DNA of 63,669 bases, filler included, from Pelomyxa schiedti (GCA_020536535.1; 9 parts of 9 records of this genome joined end to end with filler, not necessarily neighbours in it), one strand, 5' to 3'. Counted from the first letter of the whole stretch, positions 46,697-59,228 are shown. Notes: a model not told the origin generated them from the sequence alone. Numbers and translations are program-made.

Positions 46697-48258
46697 ATGA
46701 ACCAACAACGGGTAGCCATATTGGGACCTTCCACTTCGTTGACCACTGAACACGAAACAATAAGGCTGGTGCAGCAGCTATTGGGTAAGTTTAAAATACT
46801 CTCCCCTGTCACATTTTTTTTTTCAGATTAAAAACTCATGAAGTAATGAAAACACCAGCCGCTCGTTTTTAATTACACATTATAGCACCGCAATGGAACG
46901 TTGTTATTGTACAGGCGGCTGATGTTGTGAATGGAATACTGACAAGGGGTGGATTTGCGGCATTACTCGTGTGTGGGGGTGTTGGCCCTGAGCATGCAAA
47001 GGCCTTGCAGTTTGACCAAGGCCGCAATAAGGTTCCTTGATACTCACTTTATCATTATGTAGTGTTTCATAAAATAGGGAGTGTAGTGCATGCATTACAC
47101 TTTGATTTCGTGCAGCGCGTTTGTTTTTGGGGGATTTATTCATGTACTTTTCTAGGTTTTGGAGTTCATTTCACAAGGAGGAGCTTACATCGGAATATGT
47201 GGAGGTGCATACCTGGCAACTAAACTAATATGGGGTCTTGTGGACTATACCAGCGCCGATTTTGATAATTGGGATAGAGGCTGTGGTCCCGTTCTTGTAT
47301 GCGCCTGTCTCGGATTTTATTATTTAGTACTTTTCATTTTATTACCTTTTTCATTTTGCATTTTGCATTTTGCATTTTGCATTTTGCATTTTGCATTTTG
47401 CATTTTGCATTTTGCATTTTGCATTTTGCATTTTGCATTTTGCATTTTGCATTTTGTATTTTGTATTTTGTATNNNNNNNNNNNNNNNNNNNNNNNNNNN
47501 NNNNNNNNNNNNNNNNNNNNNNNNNNNNNNNNNNNNNNNNNNNNNNNNNNNNNNNNNNNNNNNNNNNNNNNNNATTTTGCATTTTGCATTTTGCATTTTG
47601 CATTTTGCATTTTGCATTTTGCATTTTGCATTTTGCATTTTGCATTTTGCATTTTGCATTTTGCATTTTGCATTTTGTATTTTGTATTTTGTATAACCCC
47701 GCATCTCAGGTGAAGATAAGCCCCATTGGCTGCAAGATACTACTAGACGAGGACATTCCAGAAGGAGTTGAAGTAGAAATGGATTATGCCAACGGCCCCC
47801 TGTTTATATCAACAGCCACACCCACAAACACCGGAACCATCAGCCCACAACAACAGCAACAACTAGGCCGGTTCACCCTCCCCGTATCCCACCAAATGAC
47901 CTCATCATCCCCACCCGCAGTATCTTCCACAATCTCGCTCCCAACAACAGCAGCAGCAGCACCAACCAACACAATCACACCCACGCCGATGCCCACCACG
48001 ATGACACCAGACACCATGGCCAGCATGATCGACCGGGGGGCGGTGGTGACGCAGGGGATCGGCGGGGGCAGGGTGGTGCTGTTCGCGACGCACCCAGAGA
48101 GGGGCCGGGGCAGGGTGGCGCAGACCCTGCACCACGCCCTGGTGTGGGCCCTGGGCCTGCACGCCGACGTGGCCGCTGGGCAGATGGAGCTGGTGGGCCA
48201 GCCTCCCCCTCGCCCGTCTTCCGCGATGGACGGCTCGGACCTATTCATGGGTTTCTAG
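46697..48258 (+). CDS. Class I glutamine amidotransferase-like / BPL_N domain protein
   Basis: LLVCGG, EFISQGGAYIGICGGAYLA, YANGPLF, GGGRVVLFATHPE. Confidence 0.75.
47352..47691. repeat. Intronic heptamer microsatellite (TTTTGCA)n with TTTTGTA variants
   Basis: Direct reading; spans the gap at 47474-47573. Confidence 0.95.
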
Positions 48259-48402
48259 AAAAGAAAGGTCGTCACGAAACAAGCAAGAGACTCGACACAT
48301 TTGGGAGAATAGAATAAACAAATTTCGTTCCCATACAGCGCTCGTTGTTTTAGGAAACAAGACTTTTGGTCACAATGAAGGCACCACAGGTTTTTTTTAT
48401 TC

Positions 48403-49833
48403 CTAAGACTGAAAGAAAGTGCTCACAGCAAACAGAGAACAAAGGTGGGGGATTGGAACACAAAGGCAGCACAGTCCAGATAAGGCGTCAACAACACAGA
48501 GCTTCTCGTTGTGACTCTGGAAGAGGAATCCTGAATGTGCCACAAATGTTCCCCCACTTTGTCTAAGGGTCGATTCCACGCAACTGTTGAGGGTGATTAC
48601 ACTGAGTGGTGTTGTGGCATTGCTGCAGTCCCATATTTCTGCAGAATCACTCGGGGAGGTGCTGGAAATGCAGACAAGTGACTTTGTCAGCTGTGATACT
48701 TGCAGCTGGTTGTCCACTTTTGTCATCACCTGCTCCATTGCTGCCTCTGATACAAAATACGCGGAGTCATGCCTCAGGTCAGTGCTGATCTTCACAAGGA
48801 AGCAAGGAATCCCACTCGTCATCACAAGCACAAAAACGTCAGCAACACAGATGACTTCTGGACACTCACTTCTGATGTGGCATTTTACTGAAGACACCAC
48901 AGCCAGGTTCCCTGTTGCAACCGAATCTGGGAGGTTGGCAACAATCAACAGCAAGGAGCAGCAGTCAGTGACCCATTCGCCTCTCAGAACAACAACAGCT
49001 TCATCAGTAGCAGCGCACCCAAGCCTCACTAGTTCAACAGAATCGAAGTGAGGGTCCTCAGGAACGTGATTGAAGCTATAAGGCGCCACACCGCCGCTCT
49101 TGTTGTTGCCGTCTGCACCAAAGTCCAAAGAGTTCAATTTTGGGATTCTCACCACTGTGATCGATACTTCACAGTTGGCACCATCGGGAGTATGCTGGTC
49201 GCCGTTCTTTTGTCTGCACACCACAAGCCACTTGTGATTGGCCCGATATCTGCACCGAACCGGCACCCTCAGCAAAACACACACCGGATCTGAATCGGAA
49301 TCGGGATTGGCACGGCCGCAGCCCCTCCCCCGCGGCGCCGCGAGCAGTGCCTCGTGGCGCACGATGGTCAGTTCAATACCGGTGCCGCTTGGACATATCC
49401 GCGACCCGAACGAGTGCGCGTAGTCCAGCCATGTGCAGCAGTCGCTGTGCTCGCGGCTGGGCCTGACACTCCCAACGACCCCCATCACAAGGGGCGAGAC
49501 GCCAAGGCGCACGGAGAGGGAGCCGGCGACGCCGCGCGGGTCGCGGTCCGAGCCGACCCACATGCCCACCACAAAGTGCACCGCGGCGCCAACCACGAAG
49601 TCCTCCCAGAGCACCCTCAGGAACGACAGCCACTGCGACGACGACCACGACCACGTGGACCCTGTCGCGCGATCATTGTGGACCACCAACAACGAGCGGG
49701 CGCCGCAGCGTGGGTGGGAAGCCATGGCCAGCGCCAACACCTGCCTCGACGCACGCAGGCCATCGCACTCGAGCACCGTCGCGCTGCTGGGTGTGTGTAG
49801 TGTTGTGTTTCTACCTGTGTGCGTGTTGCCCAT
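48403..49833 (-). CDS. Dispersed divergent 'SPTLGVV'-family member
   Basis: MGNTHT, ASRQVLALAMASHPRCGARS, LWEDFVV, GVSPLVMGVV, ANHKWLVV, VVDALSG. Confidence 0.75.
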   Translation of the reverse strand: MGNTHTGRNTTLHTPSSATVLECDGLRASRQVLALAMASHPRCGARSLLVVHNDRATGSTWSWSSSQWLSFLRVLWEDFVVGAAVHFVVGMWVGSDRDPRGVAGSLSVRLGVSPLVMGVVGSVRPSREHSDCCTWLDYAHSFGSRICPSGTGIELTIVRHEALLAAPRGRGCGRANPDSDSDPVCVLLRVPVRCRYRANHKWLVVCRQKNGDQHTPDGANCEVSITVVRIPKLNSLDFGADGNNKSGGVAPYSFNHVPEDPHFDSVELVRLGCAATDEAVVVLRGEWVTDCCSLLLIVANLPDSVATGNLAVVSSVKCHIRSECPEVICVADVFVLVMTSGIPCFLVKISTDLRHDSAYFVSEAAMEQVMTKVDNQLQVSQLTKSLVCISSTSPSDSAEIWDCSNATTPLSVITLNSCVESTLRQSGGTFVAHSGFLFQSHNEKLCVVDALSGLCCLCVPIPHLCSLFAVSTFFQS

Positions 49834-50177
49834 CCCACACGTTTTTCTGCGAATCAATCCCAGAGACTCAAGTAAGTCTCTCAGCCACGTCGTGAGCACT
49901 CCGTTCCGTTCGTGTGCACGAGAGAGTGTGTCTTATTCAACTTGGGAATGAAGTATGACCCGAAAATGAAACCCCGCTGAAAAGCGAATAGTTCGTTTTA
50001 ACGCGGGCTATTGGACGTTTCAGTCAAAAAACGGCATAATGAATGAAAAATAAAAACAACCAACAAGAAACAAGTTTATCCACTGGGCGCACCCAGTGCA
50101 TTTCGTTTGATTTTGATGATAGTTCTCGTTTTTTGTTTGTGTGGCTGGTTTTTGACTGAAACGTCCAATACTGTGCT

Positions 50178-51301
50178 ATGACACACAGCATTACTGACAA
50201 CAATGAGTTGGCCCTCCTCCAGCAACGCGCAGTTTCTACGTCGATGGTTGTGTGGGAGTGGGTGCTCCCCTGGCTGCTCCCCGAGTCGCTCGACGTGTCG
50301 CCCGATCCCAGCGACGACACGCGCGTGGTACCCGAGCACTGCGTGGAACTGTGCAGAATCGCAGAGGCCATGTTCCCCCTCGTCGGGCGCGCGTGCTCGT
50401 CGATGCTGCACCAAACTCCAACAGCGTCGACCTCATTACGATCTCCTGTTCCATTTTCGTCAAGTTGTGCAAGAAGGTTCCAAGAATTGGGGGCATGAAA
50501 TGGTTCCTGAACCACACCTCAATGAAAGGTGTGGATGAATCGGTGATTGCGGATTGCATTGAAGCCTTGGTGAACGCTCCATCATCTCGCAATGCAACCT
50601 TCCTCATTGAACACTTCCACGTCTCTGAACCAAAGAGGTCTCAACTTCTTGTACGCATTATGCAGCAGGGTGGGGAACGTTACACCCTCTCACAAATCAA
50701 AAAGTTTGTGTCCATGGGTGAGTTCTCCAAAGAGTCTGTTGCAAAGTGCCTACTCAAGTCAGTTGCTGCAGTCAAAATTGAATCCACCAAAACGGCCAAG
50801 TGGCTCATCAGCCACTTCCAGCTTGAACGCCAACACATCACACTCGACAACAACAGAATTGTGTTGAAACTCATTTTGGAGGATAAATGGAGCTGTGCAG
50901 AGTGGCTCATCAACAAGTTCCACATCACACTTGATGAGGTACAACAACTCCCTTCAATCCTTTCTAGAAATGAAAATCTCACTCTTTTGTATCAGTTCTT
51001 GCGCCTCAAGTGGGAAAAGTGTGAATCACATGGAGAGTGGATTGATTTGTTCACATGGAAAATGATACTACAGGTGTTCCCAGGGCTCACAGCAGACGTG
51101 ATCAAAGAGAGTTTCCTTCCACTTGTGTGCCAGTCACCAGTGATTGCACAGATTGCCATGAAGAGGTTCCCACAACTGACCATGGGTGACATCCTGGCAT
51201 TCTGTTCCAGTGCACCATTCTACCAATTCCCTCTTGCCACTCGTTTGTGGTTGAGGGCCCATGATCCCCTCATTTGGACCTACCACCACAAACTCACCTG
51301 A
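50178..51301 (+). pseudogene. Ankyrin-like array copy A, internally deleted and frameshifted
   Basis: The 5' motif joins directly to the CACCAAACTCCAAC block at about 50408, skipping about 1.1 kb present in copies B and C. Confidence 0.8.
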
Positions 51302-51352
51302 TAATAATTTTTGTTGAAACCCTGGCAGCGGAACGCAAGATCTGACTGGAAC

Positions 51353-53645
51353 ATGACGCATAGCGGCACCGACGACGCGAGCGAGTTGGCCCTCCTCCAG
51401 CAGCGCCGAGCGGCGTCTGTCTCGCGAGCCGTTTCTACGTCGACGATCGTGTGGGAGTGGGTGCTCCCCTGGATGCTCCCCGAGTCGCTCGTCGTGTCGC
51501 CCGACCCCAGCGACGACACGCACGTGGGACCCGCGCACTGCGTGGAGCTGTGCGGGATCGCGGAGGCCATGTTCCCCCTCGTCGGGCGCGCGTGCTCGTC
51601 GATGCTGGCCTGGTTGGAGCACTGGGGCATGGCCGCCAGATGCGCGGCCGAGGCCGGGAGCAGGCTGTGCGTGGGCTGGCTGATGAGGAACAGGAGGAGA
51701 GACCCACCACAAGTGTGTGCTGCTGCTGCTGCTGCTGATGGTGTTGGTGATGAGGGTAACGGCGTCGTGGTGGTGGAGGAGAGTGTTGGTGGTTGTGAGG
51801 GTGGTGTAGAGACCAGGAGGAGACTGAGGAGGAGGGGGAACAAGGCGTTTATGCGGGTGCTGGAGGGGCTGTGTGTTGGTGGTCACTTGGGGATGGCTCA
51901 GTGCCTCGTGGATCCTGATGGCGGTGACCATGGTGATGGTGGTTGTTGTGGCTGGGCAGCGGGTCTTGGGTTGGTGTGGTGGGATGACGATGATGAATGC
52001 GTGGTGGACGACAGTCTGGTTGACCACGTGAGGGATTCTGACCTGCTCAAGGGAGTGTGTGAGAAGGGCCACGTGGAAGTGGCAAAGTGGGTGGTGGAGA
52101 GGTTCATGGTGAGGGAGACTTGGGAGTTTGCTGAGCCACTTTCAGCTGCTGTTTCAGGGGGTCACTTGGAGTTGGCTCAGTGGTTGGTGAACACCTTTGA
52201 TTTGGTTCCAAAGTTCAGTGGTTGTTCTTGGATTGATCTGCACACTGGTGCATGCAAGAGTGATAACGTGGAAGTTGTGAAGTGGTTCCTGGAAACATTT
52301 CCTGTGAAGGATGAAAAGAGGTCTTACAAAATACTTGGGTGTTGCTTGGGTGGAAAATCAAGCAAGAGTGTGGAGGTGTGCCAGTTTATCAAAAATCGAA
52401 TTTCTTTTCCTCCTGAACTCATCCCTCCATTCATCTGTATCTGCAATCTTGCTGTTCTGAAGTGGGCAATGTCTGCATTCCCTTCAACCACCGCTCCAAC
52501 AAAAGAAAACCTGGAGAGGCTTTGTTCAGGACCAGAAGGTGTTCAGTTTTGTCAGTGGCTCGTTGAGGAGCGCTCTTGGACACCAACACCATGGATGTTT
52601 CAATCAGCCTGCCTAAATTCAACAGACAACGTGCAGACTGCCAAGTGGTTGTCAACAAGGGTGCCACTTTCACCAGAGGTTATCACAGATTCGTTCATCA
52701 TTTCGTTGGCCAACAACAACACATCAATTGCATCGTGGTTGGATGAGACCTTTCACATTTTGAATCCACCAAACTCCAACGGCATCGACCTTTTCACAAT
52801 CTCCTGTTCCATTTTCCTCAAGTTGTGCAATAAGCTTAAGCCTTATTGCACAAGAGTTGGGGGCATGAAATGGTTCCTGAACCACTCCTTGATGAAAGGT
52901 GTGGATGAATCGGTGATTGCGGATTGCATTGAAGCCTTGGTGAACAAGCCATCATCTTGCACTGCAATCCTCCTGATGGAACACTTCCACATCTCTGAAC
53001 CAAAGAGGTCTCAACTTCTTGTCCGCATTCTGAAGCAAGGTGTGCAACGTGGTACCCTCTCACAAATCAAAAAGATCATCTCCATGGGTGAGTTCTCCAA
53101 AGAGTCTGTTGCCAACTGCCTGGTCAATTCATTCAGAATTGAATCCACCAAAACGGCCAAGTGGCTCATCAACCACTTCCAGCTTGAACACCAGCACATC
53201 ACAATCGACAACAACAGAATGTTGTTGCAATTGATTTCAGGGGGTCAAGGGAGTTGTGCAGAGTGGCTCATCAACAAGTTCCACATCACACTTGATGAGG
53301 TACTCAACGCCCTCTCTCACTTGCCGTTTCCCCCTGCTCACACATACAAAATTGTTGCAGATTTTTCACTTCAAGTGGGAAAACTACTCCTTCATGTGTC
53401 TCGATTTGTTCACATGGAAAATGATACAACAAGTGTTCCCAGTGCTCACAGCAGGCATGGTCAAAGAAAGTTTCCTTCCACATGTGTGCCGGTCTCCAGT
53501 CATTGCACAGGTTGTGATGAAGAAGTTCCCACAACTGACCATGGATGACATCCTGGCATTCTGTTCCAGTGCACCATTCTACCAATTCCCTCTTGCCACT
53601 CGTTTGTGGTTGAGGGTCCATGATCCCCTCATTTGGAGGAACTGA
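51353..53645 (+). CDS. Ankyrin-like array copy B (one intron at about 53300-53360)
   Basis: STIVWEWVLPW, IAEAMFPLVGRAC, repeats GHLGMAQCL/GHVEVAKWVV/GHLELAQWLV; GAG|GTA...CAG intron restores IFHFKW...LIWRN*. Confidence 0.8.
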
Positions 53646-53775
53646 AGTCTCCCGTGCCTGACAGATCAATCTTGGATTTATGCGACCTTGATTTCCACTC
53701 CGAGTTTCCTTCCATTTTCCTTCTCTCTCCCGTAACATACCCCTTCGTATTATTATTGCAGCAGTTCTACTGTTC

Positions 53776-56038
53776 ATGACACAAACCAGTACCGACTCGA
53801 GCGAGTTGGCCCTCCTCCAGCAACGCGAAAGGGCCGCTTCGGTTTCGCGAGCCGTTTCTACGTCGACGATTGTGTGGGAGTGGGTGCTCCCCTGGCTGCT
53901 CCCCGAGTCGCTCGTCGTATCGCCCGATCCCAGCGACGACACGCACGTGGGACTCGCGCACTGCGTGGAGCTGTGCGGGATCGCGGAGGCCATGTTCCCC
54001 CTCGTCGGGCGCGCGTGCTCGTCGATGCTGGCCTGGTTGGAGCACTGGGGCATGGCCGCCAGATGCGCGGCCGAGGCCGGGAGCAGGCTGTGCGTGGGCT
54101 GGCTGCTGAGGAACAGGAGGACAGTGGGCCCACCACAAGTGTGTGCCGCCGCTGCTGATGGTGTTGGTGGCGATGAGGGTGGTGAAGAGACCAGGAGGAG
54201 ACTGAGGAGGAGGGGGAACAAGGCGTTTATGCGGGTGCTGGAGGGGCTGTGTGTTGGTGGTCACTTGGGGATGGCTCAGTGCCTCGTGGATCCTGATGGC
54301 GGTGACCATGGTGATGGTGGTTGTTGTGAGTGGGCAGCGGGTATTGGGTTGGTGTGGTGGGATGACGATGATGAGTGTGTGGTGGACAACAGTCTGGTTG
54401 ACCACGTGAGGGATTCTGACCTGCTCAAGGGAGTGTGTGAGAAGGGCCACGTGGAGGTGGCAAAGTGGGTTGTTGAGAGGTTCATGGTGAGGGAGACTTG
54501 GGAGTTTGTTGAGCCACTTTCAGCTGCTGTTTCGGAGGGTCACTTGGAGTTGGCTCAGTGGTTGGTGAACACTTTTGATTTGGTTCCAAAGTTCAGTGGT
54601 TGTTCTTGGATTGATCTGCAAACTGGTGCATGCAAGAGTGGGAACGTCGAAGTTGTGAAGTGGTGCCTGGAAACATTTCCTGTGAAGGATAAAATGAGGT
54701 CTTACAAAATACTTGGGTATTGCTTGGGTGGAAAATCAAGCAAGAGTGTGGAAGTGTGCCAGCTCATCAAAAATCGAATTTCTTTTCCTCCTGAACTCAT
54801 CCCTCCATTCATCTGTATCTGGAATCTTGCTGTTCTGAAGTGGGCAATGTCTGCATTCCCTTCAACCACCGCTCCCACAAAAGAAAACCTGGAGAGGCTT
54901 TGTTCAGGACCAGAAGGTGTTCAGTTTTGCCAGTGGCTCGTTGAGGAGCTTTCTTTCACACCAACACCATCAATGTTTCCATCAGCCTGCCGAAATTCAA
55001 CAGACAACGTGCAGACTGCCAAGTGGCTGTCAACAAGGGTGCCACTTTCACCAGAGGTTATCTGCGATTCGTTCATCAGTTCGTTGGCCAACAACAACAC
55101 CTCAATTGCATCGTGGTTGAATGAGGCCTTTCACATTTTGAATCCACCAAACTCCAACAGCGTTGACCTTTGCACGATCTCCTGTTCCATTTTCGTCAAG
55201 CTGTGCAAGAAGCTTAAGCCTTATTGCACAAGAGTTGGGGGCATGAAATGGTTCCTGAACCACGCCTCAATGAAAGGTGTGGATGAATCGGTGATTGTGG
55301 ATTGCATTGAAGCCTGGGGGAACAAGCCATCATCTTGCACTGCAATCCTCCTGATGGAACACTTCCACATCTCTGAACCAAAGAGGTCTCAACTTCTTGT
55401 TCACATTCTGAAGCAAGGTGTGCGACATGGCACCCTCTCACAAATCAAAAAGATAGTTTTCATGGGTGAGTTCTCCAAAGAGGCTGTTGCCAAGTGCCTG
55501 GCCAATTCATTCGGAATTGAATCCACCAAAACGGCCAAGTGGCTCATCAACCACTTCCAGCTTGAACGCCAACACATCACACTCGACAACAACAGAATGT
55601 TGTTGAAACTTATTTCAGGGGGTAAATGGAGCTGTGCAGAGTGGCTCATCAACAAGTTCCACATCACACTTGATGAGGTAATCAACACAATGCCCTCTCT
55701 CACTTGCCGTTTCCCCCTGCACCACATACAAAATAGCTCACCCTTTTGTGCAGTTTTTTCACTTCAAGTGGGAAAAGGACTCCTTCATGTGGATTGATTT
55801 GTTCACATGGAAAATGATACAACAAGTGTTCCCAGGGTTAACAGGAGGCATGGTCAAAGAGAGTTTCCTTCCACTTGTGTGCCAGTCACCAGTGATTGCA
55901 CAGATTGCCATGAAGAGGTTCCCACAACTGACCATGGACGACATCCTGGCAATTTGTTCCAGTGCAGCATTCTACCAATTCCCTCTTGCCACTCGTTTGT
56001 GGTTGAGGGTCCATGATCCCCTCATTTGGAGGAACTGA
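53776..56038 (+). CDS. Ankyrin-like array copy C (one intron at about 55678-55753)
   Basis: Highly similar to copy B with the same intron position. Confidence 0.8.
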
Positions 56039-56168
56039 AGATAAATCCTACCTTGATTTCCATCACGCGTACTCCGAGAAACTACGTTAACACGCGCACC
56101 TTCTCTGTAACATACCCCTTAGTGCAATTATTTTTCCTAAAACGCGGTGGCAGCAGTTCTACTGTGTC

Positions 56169-57294
56169 ATGACACATACACATACCAGTACCGACTCGAC
56201 CGTGTTGGCCCTCCTCCAGCAACACGAAAGGGCCGCTTCGGTTTCGCGAGCCGTTTCTACGTCGACGATTGTCTGGGAGTGGGTGCTCCCCTGGCTGCTC
56301 CCCGAGTCGCTCGTCGTCGTAGCTCCCCACCCCAGCGACGACACGCAAGTGAAACTCGAGCACTGCGTGGAACTGTGCCGGATCGCAGAGGCCATGTTCC
56401 CCCTCGTCGGGCGCGCGTGCTCGTCGATACTGGCACGCTGGGAGCGCTGGGGCATGGCCGCGAGATGCGCGGCGGAGGCGGGGAGCAGGCTGTGCGTGGG
56501 CTGGCTGCTGAGGAACAGGAGGAGCCAACCACCGTGTGGTGGTGCCGATGGTGTCGGTGCTGCCGGCGCCGATGAAGATGAGGAGACTAGGAGAAGGGGA
56601 ATGAGGAGGAGGAGGGGGAACAAGGCGTTCATGCGGGTGCTGGAGGGGCTGTGTGTTGGTGGTCACTTGGGGATGGCTCAGTCCCTCGTGGATCCTGGTG
56701 GTCATGGTGGTGATGGTTGTTGTGGCTGGGCAGCGGGTCTTGGGTTGGTGTGGCTGGATGGTGGTGAGTGTGTGGTAGACGACAGTCTGGTTGACCATGT
56801 GAGGGCTTCTGACCTGCTCAAGGGAGTGTGTGAGAAGGGCCACGTGGAGGTGGCAAAGTGGGTTGTTGAGAGGTTCATGGTGAGGGAGACTTGGGAGTTT
56901 GCTGAGCCACTTTCAGCTGCTGTTTCAGGGGGTCACTTGGAGTTGGCTCAGTGGTTGGTGAACACCTTTGATTTGGTTTCAAAGTTCAGTGGTTGTTCTT
57001 GGATTGCTAGCCCCACTGATTCATGCGAGAGTGAGAACGTGGAAGTTGTGAAGTGGTTCCTGGAAAGTGATACAACAAGTGTTCCCAGGGCTCACAGCAG
57101 ACATGATCAAAGAGAGGTTCCTTCCACTCGTGTGCCAGTCACCAGTGATTGCACAGATTGCCATGAAGAGGTTCCCACAACTGACCATGGATGACATCCT
57201 GGCATTCTGTTCCAGTGCACCACGGTGCCAGTTCCCTCTTTCCACTCATTTGTGGTTGAGGGTCCATGATCCCCTCATTTGGAGGAACTCCTAA
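56169..57294 (+). pseudogene. Ankyrin-like array copy D, internally deleted and frameshifted
   Basis: TTCCTGGAAA joins TGATACAACAAG at about 57067, removing about 1.1 kb including the intron. Confidence 0.8.
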
Positions 57295-57451
57295 ACATGT
57301 TGTTGGTCCTGCACATATCACTCCTAAACATGTTGTTGGTCCAGGGAAGAAACAACAGTCGCAAGAGAAACAGAATGGTTATCAACAGCACCTTGGAGCA
57401 AAAAAAAAAAAAAAACCGGCAACAGCTTTCGCAGAAGGAGCGGAGACCGTG

Positions 57452-57524
57452 ATGATGGCATCATCCCTGCCGTTGATGTTGTGTGCGCACGACCAATTAA
57501 CCGCGCTGATGACGTCATCGCACG
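57452..57524 (+). CDS. Start of a probable further family member, truncated
   Basis: MMASSLPLMLCAHDQLTALMTSSH matches the A..Q..AL...SH motif. Confidence 0.45.
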
Positions 57525-57624
57525 NNNNNNNNNNNNNNNNNNNNNNNNNNNNNNNNNNNNNNNNNNNNTTAATTAATTAANNNNNNNNNNNNNNNNNNNN
57601 NNNNNNNNNNNNNNNNNNNNNNNN

Positions 57625-57887
57625 GAAAAACCACAGGGGGGGGGGTGGCCACGCGCATACCCGCCGCCGCAGGATATCCCCGTGATCCTGCGTGTTGCCC
57701 CAGAGATGCCATCCACGACCACCGGCTCGCTCCGGCCCGCGCCCCGTGCCGTGGCCGCAGGGGCCGCCGACGCCGTGGACGACGACGAGCCCAGCTGCCC
57801 GTGGCTCCCGCACCCCCACGTGTACACGTTGCTCGTGCATGCCCTACTAGTAGTACTACTCCCACGCGCAGGTGCTTGCTGGCTCAT
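57625..57887 (-). CDS. RCC1-repeat protein, 5' part
   Basis: VYTWGCGSHGQLG...EPVVVDGI...ITGISCGG. Confidence 0.75.
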
Positions 57888-58117
57888 GGAAATTTTTCGG
57901 TTTTCCTGAAACGAGGAATGATGGGGGAATCTGTTTTGTTCAGATTCGATGAGGAAAACCCGCTCTCATTTTCCCACCCCAATCGCATTCCCCTGGACGC
58001 AATGGCGGAATAAAAAAAAACCAAGCCAAAACCAGGCCTGGTCGACGATAACGGAAATGGCAGCGTTCGTAGTTATCGATAACGAGCAATTTTCTCCGAA
58101 TCAACAACTTGGAAACC

Positions 58118-58561
58118 ATGTTTTCGTGGTTCAAGTCACTCATGGGGCCACGTGTGGGACCCGATGAGTGGTTCCGTGCCGCGTTTGTTGGTGACACCGA
58201 CGCACTGCGGCGTATGCTGGCCGGCGACCCCGACCTACTAAACTCTGTATCCGACGAACGACAACGAGTGGTGTGAATGCGTGACAACTCTTTTTTTTTG
58301 TTCACACGATAGTAATCGTTTTGCGCGGGCACACACACACACACGCAGACAGCGTTACATGCAGCCACGTGGGCAGGTCAACCACAGTGCGTTGAGTTCC
58401 TGTTGTCACTGAATATCGATGTCAATTCTCAGGTTTAAGGGCCCTTACTTTGAGGCACTCACTCACAAACTTGTATCTCTCACTTCACAGACTGTGTGTA
58501 ATACTATCCTGATCATGCTTTCACTTCCTTTCCTCTAAAAACGTAAATCCAGGGGGAGCCT
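58118..58561 (+). CDS. Ankyrin repeat protein, 5' exons including candidate 7- and 9-nt microexons
   Basis: MFSWFKSLMG..WFRAAFVGDTDALRRML; exon 58349-58432 TALHAATWAGQPQCVEFLLSLNIDVNSQ; ag|ACTGTGT|gt and ag|GGGGAGCCT|gt together give TVWGA. Confidence 0.7.
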
Positions 58562-58565
58562 GTAC

Positions 58566-59228
58566 GTTTTTATTGCGTTTATTCATCAATTTCTGACTTG
58601 CTTCAATTTGTCTCTCTTTGCTTCTCTCTGTGCAATGTTTAGTTTGTGTGTAACTTCTCCCAACCCTTTTTCATTGCGTTTATTCATCAATTTCTGACTT
58701 GCCTCTCTTTGCTTCTCTCTGTGGAATGTTTAGTATGTGTGTAACTGCTCCCAACCCTTTTTCATTGCGTTTATTCATCAATTTCTGACTTGCCTCAATT
58801 TCTCTCTCTTTGCTTCTCTCTGTGGAATGTTTAGGATGTGTGTAACTGCTCCCAACCCTTTTTTATTGCGTTTATTCATCAAATTCTGACTTACCTCAAT
58901 TTCTCTCTCTTTGCTTCTCTCTGTGGAATGTTTAGGATGTGTGTAACTGCTCCCAACCCTTTTTCATTGCGTTTATTCATCAAATTCTGACTTGCCTCAA
59001 TTTCTCTCTCTTTGCTTTGCTCTGTGATAAACTCAGGGAGTGTGTAACTGCTCCCAACCCTTTTTTATTGCGTTTATTCATCAATTTCTGACTTGCTTCA
59101 ATTTCTCTCTCTTTGCTTCTCTCTGTGGAATGTTTAGTTTGTGTGTAACCACTTCCAACCCTTTTTATTGCGTTTATTCATCAATTTCTGACTTGCTTCA
59201 ATTTCTCTCTCTTTGCTTCTCTCTGTGG
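58566..59228. repeat. About 101-bp tandem repeat, about 6.5 units, running to the contig end
   Basis: ATTGCGTTTATTCATCAA starts at 58572, 58673, 58764, 58865, 58966, 59067 and 59167. Confidence 0.95.

Noticed and set aside
47159-47713. ORFs with FCILHFA/MQNAKCK repeats, or a telomeric repeat
   Set aside because: Translation of an intronic (TTTTGCA)n microsatellite internal to a gene
51134-56843. Long antisense and alternate-frame ORFs over GC-rich gene starts
   Set aside because: Shadows of GC-rich coding sequence, repeated only because the paralogs are near-identical
57288-57342. Short tandem duplication CTCCTAAACATGTTGTTGGTCC
   Set aside because: Two copies at the end of a pseudogene; most likely local slippage
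58566-59228. CRISPR array
   Set aside because: Whole units repeat with no unique spacers; eukaryotic intronic context; no cas genes
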